64,000 nucleotides of DNA from Paraspadella gotoi (taxonomy: Eukaryota > Animalia > Chaetognatha), in contig CM119267.1 of assembly GCA_051294375.1 (NCBI GenBank), forward strand, positions 5,755,992-5,819,991, written 5' to 3'. A model generated the notes under the pieces. The model had not been told where the DNA came from and made no database searches. It worked only from the letters and a program-made list of their open reading frames with translations. Both the position numbers and the translations under genes were made by a program. Positions 42,113 through 51,788 of the stretch are shown here, one piece after another (the first letter of the stretch is position 1; each line of letters starts with the position of its first letter).

Positions 42113-43676
42113 CTACGAGTTCCTTTCTTCGAATCCCTCGATGTCGATATCTTCCAGGACATTCTTGACGACGGCTCTGACTAGAGTGGTACCCGACCCT
42201 TCGTCCTCGACCACGAGTTCTTTCCTCACTTTCTTCCATTTTCGATGGAGCAAAGATTCCACGGTGGCGCGATCGTAGATTTTCCCGGGATTCCTGCGTC
42301 CCTGTTCTAGGAAGAACATCTTTTCCACGCCCACTCCGACGGAACGTTCGGTCTCGATGGCGCGGATCGGACCCTGAAATGGAAGAGTGGGGATAAAATG
42401 GCTTAAATATTACAACAATGGGGGAAAAAAAGGAAGATTCCAGCCGGAGGACGCCGATAACCTGAAATGCGTCTAAAGAGTTCTTTGCCACTTGATTCAA
42501 GGCTTTTTCTTCGGAGGAGAAGAGGAGGAGACCGTTGGGTTTGAGCAACACGTAAGCAGCTTCGATCCCCGCGTGAAGTTCGTTGAGTTCATCGTTGATG
42601 AAGTATCTGAGACAAGAAAGATAATATTTTTTTATAGTCAATGAGGATTATGGAGTATAAACGCGTCTCCCACCTTAGAACCCTCAACGCGTTCTGGGCA
42701 ATTTTTTTCCCACGTGCCGCGTTCTCCGCATCTGAGTGATGATCCTTGAAGGCGATCCCGGAAGTGACGGCCTCCAGATCCACCGTCGTCTCGATCTTCC
42801 CGAAGGCGTACTTGGCGTCGAAAAGGGCGGCGGCGAGCGACTTGGCGTTGCGCTCGTCGCCGTACTTTTTGAAGAGTTCCGTCAGCTGTTGTTGGGGAAG
42901 ATGGAAAAGGACGTCGGCGGCGGCGAGGGTGGAGGGAATCGACGCGTCCGCCGAGTCGGCGTCCATCCGCAGATCGAGAGGCGACGAAATTCCGCGGAGG
43001 ACAGAGAATCCGCGGGAAGGGTCCTTCTCTTGGAGGGAGGAAATTCCTGAAATGATAGAATTGGAATAAGTTTAAAATATTTCTAATAATTTAATCAACA
43101 AATTAAGATTTCGTTACCTGCGTCTAAAAGGACGACATCAGCAAAACCAGGATGGGAGACGTAAGATTGAAATTCCGTTAGGCATTCGCTGAATCTGAAA
43201 TGTCGGGGGGGGGGAGAGAAACGGAAAACAGTCGATGACAAATACAATTAGCCTATTCAACGAATTCGTTCGCCACTGGCCAATCCTCCAGAATCTTCTG
43301 ATTTCTATACCTACTTGGCCTTGATCGGTACGACCTTCCGCGTCTCCCGCTTCGCCAACTCCGCCGCCGCTCTCACGGCCGCGGGATCGCGATCCGCAGC
43401 AAAGAGAAGAAGCCTCTCGTCGTCGAACTCCTTCAGCGCCGCCGTCGAGTGAGATCCAGACCCGAAAGTCATGTCAACGATGACGGGAAACGCTCGTCCG
43501 GGCGGCGAAGAGGCGGCGAAGGAAGAGTTTAAGGAGTCTCGCATCAACGCGAGAAGAAGAGGCGTCAATCGGTTAGTGGGTGGCCAGGAGTGGGAGACGG
43601 AATCGGAGGAGCGTCGATGCGGACACCGACGCAGGGAACGGGGGAGGAGAAAGACAGGCGGTGGGCGTGGAGGCAT
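42113..43676 (-). CDS. METTL15: Divergent RsmH/MraW-family (METTL15-like) rRNA m4C methyltransferase, 5 exons
   Basis: DMTFGSGSH, DRDP, LLDAGISSLQ..RGFS..PLDLRMD, KYGDER, LRYFINDELNEL; Arg/Ser-rich N-terminus resembling a mitochondrial presequence. Exons 43676-43315, 43194-43118, 43046-42674, 42606-42462, 42373-42113. Confidence 0.75.
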
Positions 43677-43905
43677 CGCGAAAGGGGTTTTTTGTTTTTT
43701 TAAACGCAAAAGTTTATGTCCAACATTCCGTCTGTCGAAAACTGAATGAGGCAAAAAAATAAAAATAAAAAAATTAAAAAATTAGAGGCCAAGTGCAAAA
43801 AATACGTATGCAGACAATAAGTGAGGGAAAAATGGACGGAGTTGTAAAATTTGGCAATTTTTATTTGGACGGATTGGTTCAGTTGTAAATAAATATAAAC
43901 ATCAT

Positions 43906-45207
43906 TTAATCCATGACTTTTCTTCTCACGTGAAGGCAAACGAGTCTGTCCCGGATCGAAGCCTCCTCGTCGACGAGCCTCACCCACCCAGCCCCTTCCA
44001 CCGTCTCTTCTTCCCGCCACGAGACGACACCATCGCTCGCCAACTCGTCTGCGGACATCTCGAACTTTCGCAGCGAAGGATCCGCGACCAACTCGAGCCC
44101 GGCGCCAGCGAGGTCGTCGATCCCGAGTTTCTTGGCCACCTCGGCAGCAGCATCGGCGATGGAATCGGTTGATCGCAGCCGGAAACGCAAAACCTGGTTG
44201 TGGTCGCTCCGATGGTAGACGCGGACCCGGACTGGCACGACACCGGAAGCGAAGGCTTCGCGAGGCGAGGGACGTATCAAGCGACGTAGGTCGGCTCGCG
44301 GGTGACGCACTTCGCCAGAAGCGTCGATGACTGTGGAAGGCACTCGCGCGAGATAACCGGAAGCGGGCGAAGTCGGGCGCGCGTTGATTGGGCGCGGCCG
44401 AAACTTGGCCGAGGAACGCTCGTCTCGCCGACGAAGCGCCGGGTGGTCGACGCTCGGGATCAAACCGCGCGCCGTCAATTCCCTCGCCGTAGGATGATCC
44501 GCGCTGCGATCTTCGAATCGAAACCCTCGTCGGTCGCGCGAACGAAGCTCGACGCCGTCGGGAAAATCGAATTGGAGGCGAGAAGGAAGAAAACCGTCGG
44601 CGATCTCGCTTAGAGTCTGTTCGCCCCACGAGGAGTCGTAGGGCATGAGAGGGTAGCCGGAAATCTTGAGGCCGTTGGCGAACCAGAAGACCTCCAGCGC
44701 CGGGTCGTCGGAATCCGAGTCGGGATTTCCGTGTTCGTCGCCGTCGGGGAAGGAAGAGATCAAAGAGGCAAAGTCGACGTCGACATTTTTCCGGCGAAAC
44801 TCGTCGATCTCTTCCGGAGTCAATTCTTTCATCGCTTCTTCGGCGTCGTCCCCGATCCAGACGAGGTCATAGTCGGAAAACCATTCGTGCATCTCCAGCA
44901 CCATCTTTTCCAGATTCTTGCAGCGCAACTCATAGTAGGAGATGAGAGTCTCGTCGAAGGAGTCGTTGTCCGCCTCGGATTTCGTCGGCCTTTTCAGCTC
45001 CTCCTCCAGCGAAGCGATGCGTTCCGCCTGTCTCTTGATCGTTTTCTCCAACTGCGCCGTTCGTCCTTTGGCGCGGGTTAACTCCAGCTCGAGCTCTTTC
45101 ACTTTGGCAGCGTTGGCGGCAGCGGTGGAGCCGCCGTACTTGGGAAGGGCGGACAAGACGGCGCCGAAAGTCAAGGCGGAAAAGTCTTCATCGTCGCCTT
45201 TAGCCAT
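43906..45207 (-). CDS. UBXN11: UBX domain protein 11 (Socius)-like: coiled coil, SEP domain, UBX-like C-terminus; intronless
   Basis: Coiled coil, EMHEWFSDYDLVWIG, SEP-like FANGL..YD...LSEIADGFLPSRLQFDFPDGV; uninterrupted 433-aa ORF. Confidence 0.8.
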   Translation of the reverse strand: MAKGDDEDFSALTFGAVLSALPKYGGSTAAANAAKVKELELELTRAKGRTAQLEKTIKRQAERIASLEEELKRPTKSEADNDSFDETLISYYELRCKNLEKMVLEMHEWFSDYDLVWIGDDAEEAMKELTPEEIDEFRRKNVDVDFASLISSFPDGDEHGNPDSDSDDPALEVFWFANGLKISGYPLMPYDSSWGEQTLSEIADGFLPSRLQFDFPDGVELRSRDRRGFRFEDRSADHPTARELTARGLIPSVDHPALRRRDERSSAKFRPRPINARPTSPASGYLARVPSTVIDASGEVRHPRADLRRLIRPSPREAFASGVVPVRVRVYHRSDHNQVLRFRLRSTDSIADAAAEVAKKLGIDDLAGAGLELVADPSLRKFEMSADELASDGVVSWREEETVEGAGWVRLVDEEASIRDRLVCLHVRRKVMD

Positions 45208-45459
45208 TTGAGGAGACGTCGGGAAAAAACTAAGTACAAATTAATGAAACTAACAGCGAATATGACGAATCAACAAAAGTTGTTTTCGACGATAAAATTC
45301 TATGACAAGGTAGAAGTCCACCAAAATGTAAAACAACAAGTATGAGTTAACGAAAACAGATTGAAAACTAAGTAGTACAAGACACAAACAACTAATGGTT
45401 TCCTTTCAATTTAGGCAATTCGCATAAGCAAGTCGATTCCCCTTCGAAGTGAAATTGAA

Positions 45460-46537
45460 TCAGATGCTAACGAGTTTGGTTTTTCCGCAAGGAAGTCGCG
45501 AATGCTTGGTTAGCTCGGCGAGGGTCACGAGACCGGGTCGAGACGAGTCCACCATCTCCAATTCTGACGACTTCTTCGACCTTAGAACGACCCTGACCCG
45601 AGGACAACTCGCCCATCCGATCCCTAAGGCCGGCCGCTCCCTGTCCCCGGCCTCCCCGCTACGTCCGCCCACCAAGTGATTGACAACAACGACGGCGAGG
45701 TTGAAGTCCGCGGCGAGGGTCTTGAGTTCGAGCCCGATTGAAGCCAAATAACCTAAGCCCTGATGGCACTCGGGCCCAGCCAGGAGGGTGCTCATGACGA
45801 AGGCGAGACTATCGACAATTAGCAAGGAAGGTTGTTCGGGGCGATCGGTTACGAGTGGCCCCTGAAATGACTGATGCTGTTCTCTCTGCTGCGGCCGGGT
45901 TCGAACATCTTCAAGCGCGGATCGAATCCTTCCCAACGTCTCGAGGAGAGAAAAGCAGTCGTGCGTCGCCACGAAACTCACGCGTTCCATTTCGGGTCTC
46001 AAATCGCGCGTCAACTTCTTCGTCCTCTCCGTCAGCATTTCCGCAAGACAGGCGACGTTGACGGCGACGGAAGAGCTCGTGACAAAGAGCGCACTCTTTC
46101 CGGCGACGGCCGTCTCGGCGGCTAGGCGCAAGCAAGCGCGAGTTTTGCCACTAAGAGTCGCGCCGCAAAACTCGGATACTTCGCCAGTGTACACCCCGCC
46201 ACCCAGGAGACGATCGAGATCAGGGCAGCCGGTCTTCAGAATCGCGGATGAGTAGAGCGATTTGTAAAGAGAGGCGCCTAAAAATTGCCCGATTTAAAGA
46301 AAAATTAAAATTAAAATTGAAAAAAATTACGTTACCCGAAAGAGGTTCGTCAACGGCCTTGAGCACCCCCTTCCTAAGAAGGGCCAGCTCGAGAAAGGTG
46401 AGGGAGCATCGACTGGCGAGGACGTCCAAATCGCTCGCCACGACGTCGACCCCGCAATGGACGCCGGCCGAGCGAAGGGATTGGAGGTGGGCCGGCGATA
46501 ACAGGGGATGGGACTCGGGTCGGAGTCGACCCGTCAT
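45460..46537 (-). CDS. RAD51D: DNA repair protein RAD51 paralog D (2 coding exons plus a 5' UTR intron at ~46573-46633)
   Basis: ILKTGCPDLDRLLGGGVYTGEVSE, Walker A GATLSGKT, Walker B LLIVDS, ELKTLA..LAVVVVNH, PALGIGW. Intron 46335-46278. Confidence 0.88.
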
Positions 46538-47233
46538 TTTTGATCGCAAAAAAAAGTAATTTATGGACGGCCTAAAAAAACATGAAATTTATAGGTTTTT
46601 AAACAAAAATATACATTGTATATTGACACTCACCGAATTGTAAAGTTTTAAAAAGAAACGTTGCCTCGTAAAATGTATCTTTATTCACTTTGACCTCTCT
46701 CTCATCTTTCTTCTCTTCCGTTTCAACCTCCTAACTCTTTTCTTGTGCCACTTGGCCCTCATCGTCCGAGTAACCAAAATCTGAAAAGACTGAAAGGCAG
46801 AAATATGTTGAAATTTTCATGTTGCATTGTGTTACCACTAAGGTGCAGTTTAAATTAAAACGAATGATTTCATTTCGAGTTCGCGAATGACAGTGGTATA
46901 AAATATATTTGAAATCTAATAAGATGTAACAGAAAAAAAAACATTAACTCAGGGAATAAACAAGTTCTTAATTTTTTTTCTTTCTGAGGAGAAAGAAATC
47001 CGGAAGTTAAATCGTTGATCCTTTGATGGGTATTTAAAAAAAAAAAAACAATTTCCGTCAGTTAGATTCTACAAATTCAAACGTAAAAATTAAATACAGA
47101 ATATGTATGATACAATTATCAAATAATGCGAAGCTCTGGACAATTTTTATTAATTTTAGATTCTGTTGGTATAAATCGCTTAACCAGCGGTAATTCCTCA
47201 TGAAAAACTTGGTATAATAAACTTATTGATAGA

Positions 47234-49326
47234 TCATTGTTTGAACTGCGCGGCGCCCATCGCTTCCCTGAACGATTCCAAGAATCCTCGGTAATGTTCG
47301 GGCGGATGAACGGCGACCGCGGTGGCGATCAAGGGTCTTTCCTGGTGCTGCACCAGTTGGTGATTCTGAGGCTGCAGCAACGCCTGGGGATGTAGCGGCG
47401 GAGGCGGTGAAGGAAGATGGTGCTGCGGCAGCGTCGTTTGCGCTTGAAGCTGAACGTGCATGTGCGCGACTTGCGGCTTTGGTTGCGGCTGATTAGGGAT
47501 GATGTGCTGAATTTGCACTTGATGAATTTGTTGTGGCAGCGTTTGCTGCTGGTGTTGTTGCTGTTGTTGTTGCGGCTGTACGTGCTGTTGCGGAAGAGGA
47601 GACTGCGTGGCCTGCTGCGGTGGTTGCTGCTGCAGAACGACGGAAACGGGCTGATGCTGAGGCGCGGCCTGAATGGCTTTCGGCTGTCCGGGCGGAGGGG
47701 CGAGCTTTTTAGCCGGACAGACGTACCAAGGTCTCGCCTTTCGAAAGGTGATGAATCCAATCTTCACTTCGGAATTCACCTGCAGAAAAAAAAAAAAATT
47801 GTCGACGCTGCGCGCACACTCAAGCTCCCCCGTCCCCCAATCGACCCCTAACACCCCCGCACCTGCATGAATCGGTTGTAGACCTCTCGCTCGGGACACT
47901 GCAAGAATCGCTTGGCCTCGGTGAGGACTTGCACGGTGCCGTTGGCGTCCTTGATCTTCTTCTTGCACTTGCGCGAGTGGTCGGCCGGACGGGAGAACTG
48001 AAGATAGTAGTTGATGATTTCCTGGCGATGCGTCGTCAGCTTGGAGGTGAGTCTGCACTTCTTCTTAAGAATCCACTTGTAGGAGAATCCATTAGCCACC
48101 ATCTTCTTGCGTCGCTTGAGGGCGTTCTCCAGCGTTTTGGAGGCGACGTTGAGGCGTTTGGAGAGTTTGTTCATGTCGCGAGAGTCCTTGACGTTGTCGC
48201 CGACGATGGCCGACGTTATAATTTGTCGGGCGCGGATGCGCTCGATCTTGTCGGTGCCTGGACAAAAGAGAAAAGGAGAAAGTCGAAGCTTTATTGACTA
48301 AAAGGAAAAAATCCGGATTCTAACCTTTTTTGCTGAACGAACTAAGATTTTCCATGATGTTGTCGAGAACGTTCTTCCCCATGATGGAATCCTCGGTGAG
48401 GGCGGGAGACGGCAAAAGGCCTTCCTCCTTGAGCTGTTCCCGAACATCCTTTTCGTGCAACATGCTCTTGATGATGTCGACAAGCTGATCCCAAGTCTGC
48501 GTTCCTTCAATGACAAAAATCGCGTTAACGGTTAAGTAATGACGTCGGCTCAGGCAGAACATTTCTACTTCTAGTTTTATCTTTACCCTGACATAAGGCG
48601 GTGAAGATTTTTCCTTTAGCTCGCGACTTTGCCATTCTGTGAACCCAGATCTATGAAAAAATAGCGGGAAAAAGGATAAAAACAAAGCTTAAAAGCGATT
48701 TACCTTGCAAATAAATTAGTTAAAAAATATTTCGTCGTAATAAATCTATTATTTACCATTAGTTTTTAAGCATTTTCGCCAAATTGCAATTTCGTCTTCG
48801 TAACAAATTTCCGAGAAAAGCCGATCTCTCTTACCTGCGAGGAATTTGCGACGGGCACGTAGTCGTCGGGTTTTTTGAGTTTCTTGATGATTTCCCAACT
48901 GTGAAATTCGACGAGAGACTTTTGCTTTTTATACTTTTTCTTAACGTCGGCGACGATCTTGTCGATGCCGCCGTCGTCTTTGAGGCTCTCCAGTTCCTCG
49001 TCGTCGTCGTCTTCGTCGCCGCCGGCGTCGTCGTCGTTCTTCGGACAGAACAAACCTCTGGCGTCGTCGCCGTTTTCGAAAGTAGCTTCGCCCTTCATCT
49101 TCCCAACGTCGAAGGTCGGACACGGGAGGCTCTGGAGGTCCGCGATGGTGGGCAACGAGGCGGCCGAGGGAAAGGCGGAAGCGGCGGCAGGATTGGAGGC
49201 GGTGGCAGGGACGGCAGTGGGGTCGACGGCGGCCGGCTCTTGAGAGCACTCGGCCTTGACCTGAAACTGCTGCGTCGGCGAGGCGGGTTCGATGATGATT
49301 CGCTTTTGCGCCTGATCCACGTACAT
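47234..49326 (-). CDS. Uncharacterised protein (5 exons) with a basic transposase-like central domain and a Gln/Pro-rich tail
   Basis: Exons 49326-48835, 48650-48587, 48504-48325, 48257-47863 and 47779-47234 join in frame via GT-AG; codon usage resembles neighbouring genes. Confidence 0.75.
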
Positions 49327-49499
49327 TCCGATCTCTGAAATGAGGTTCTCGCGAATCAAGAATCCTTTGATGTGAAAGTAAATTTCGTTTATATCCATGT
49401 TTATGTGTTTTTTTCCAGGTCAATCCTTTAACGAATTCAATGTTTGCTGCCTTTAACCTTCATTTTGACCTCTGAAAACGGCGAAAAATAAAATATATT

Positions 49500-51400
49500 C
49501 CGAGTCTAAATCTACTTTACTGTGACGATATGCTTATCTCATTCAAGCAAGAAATATCTAAGGAGAGATTTCTAAACGAGTAAAATGCTATAACGGAAGC
49601 TCCGCTAAGACATTCAGGCAATTTAAAAGGCCAATAAAAAACAATAGCACAGCGAAACCTTTCAAAAATATTAACAAAATATTTTCCCTTTCCGTAATAA
49701 AGTCAAAGAGTGCAACATCCCATAAAAAAGTGAACCAATTTGGTTAAAGATGAACCCGCCTAAAAATACTTGTTAATAGATAGTTATGACCAGATAAACT
49801 GAGAGTCATGCGCACAAGACTTACAGCTAACTTGGTTACGCTTTCGTAAGTACATAAGTATAAAGTAGCTTCCGCTATTACTAATGTTATGGAGTATTAT
49901 AAAAAGAGACAATCTCAAAGCGAAAAGATATAAAGACTTTTCAATTTCGTCAGGCTAAGTAATGAGACAAAAACTTACAAAACAGGTCATGTAGATACCT
50001 CACTCGAGAGCCAATATTAGTTTATTTTTTTATATATTTTTATGCCGGTCCCTCGAGGATGATATCAATATTCACTTGCAAAAAACCGTTTTTTAAATTC
50101 CTACAATGGTTTCCGAGATATAGTCATAAACGTCAGCCTTGAAAGGCAAAATTTGTCAGAATAAAATTTCGAGTTTCTTCTTAGATTTCTGACGCGCTAG
50201 TACAAACTATTTAAAAAAAAGAGAAAACGTTTTGCTGATTTCTTCCAGCATAATCCATAAATGTGTAAGACGATAGGTAAACCTGAAAGTGATATGTCTC
50301 TAGAGAACGAAAAATTTTTCTTTAAGTTTTATTTTAAAATTTAGGTATTGTACCAATAGGATAAATTGAGATACTCCCGCTTTGCCGAAATTTTATTTAA
50401 CAAAGATTTGTACTGCGTAGTTCAAATCCTTAGTTCTCTCACGGTAAAAAAGTTATTTTCTTGAATAACTTTGGAAAGAAAAGAGGTAGGAAAGTGGGTG
50501 AGGTATTAAATTAAAGCCCTAATCATGGGACACCTCTCTGAAATAGTTTTATTAAATTTTATCCATAAATCTTTACACAGCTTTTATTTAAATCGGAGTT
50601 AAAAGTATAACAGTTTTTTGCATTAAAAATTTCAATGAAGGCATGTGAAATTTTTTTGCTTCTTTCGTAATTTGAAAAAGGAAAGACTAAATTACATTTT
50701 GATTACCATTAAATTTGCTCTACTCTATAAATTTGCTTGTATTTTATAGTTAAAGTAAAAAACAAGCAAAAATTTATGAAGTAGCTGGATAAAATGTTTT
50801 TTTAAATATGAAAAATGATAAATACAAAAATATTTTCAGATTGATATAAACAGTCTGGACATCTACCTTCTTGTCTGTGAAAAAAAAATTGTCATTTTCC
50901 ATTATCTTCAACTGCAAACAAAAAAGCTTGACACGCTGCTTGTTTATCATAATAAAATTTAAAAAAATTACATAGCTGGTGACATATTTGACAAAGCAAG
51001 ACATCATTGTGTTTATTTGTATTGATAATTTTCTTTTAAATATAACAACCTTTATACAAGGAATTTAATTCTATTACTTATCATCCGTTTAAATTAAGAA
51101 AAAAAATTTTGCGGAATAGCCCATTGGAAAGGGTTCATTGACTGACTTAATGATCGAATTTTTTAGGTTTCTTTACTGCCCCCCTTTCACAAGACATAAA
51201 AGGTCATGATTATCATGTCAGTATGTCCATATTATCTGTACCCTTTCTGCAACCTGCATTCTGAATTTTCTTTTTTTCCCTTTCAAATGTATTAAATAAA
51301 AAAAATTATTTGAGAGAACAATTGGCGTGGAGGATGCCATTGGTAAGCCTTAGTTACCCCACTTCCCGATCGAATTTTTAAACGAGGTTTTTTTTCCATC
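49500..51400. mobile_element. AT-rich spacer, possibly a decayed DNA-transposon remnant
   Basis: No credible ORF; motifs such as GTTTCCGAGATAT and a short duplicated CCATTGG..GATCGAATTTTT (51122, 51337). No terminal inverted repeats identified. Confidence 0.2.
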
Positions 51401-51788
51401 TATTCGAGACATAACACTAACTATTGGTACTATTAATTTTTTATTTTTTTCATGAAATTTTGCGTAATCAGAGAAACGTTTAGCGTGTCAAAAAAATATG
51501 GAAAAAAAAGAGAAAAACGTTCTGACAAATTTAAAAATTTATGGAGGAATCTAGGTCATGGAAAAATGATCGAGAAAAAAATTAATACAAACATGGTTAG
51601 ATAGAAGAACAAAATGAGAGGAACGACTGGTTTGGAAGAAAAAAAAAAACCCAAAAAAACACTTAATTGATTTACCCGCACACGAAAAAAACATTGCGCT
51701 ACCCTAAAATCTGGCAGAAGAAAGGCACGCGATCACAAAAGCTGACAGTAGTTCATGAAATTCGGAGTGAAAGTGTAAAATTTGGCCT

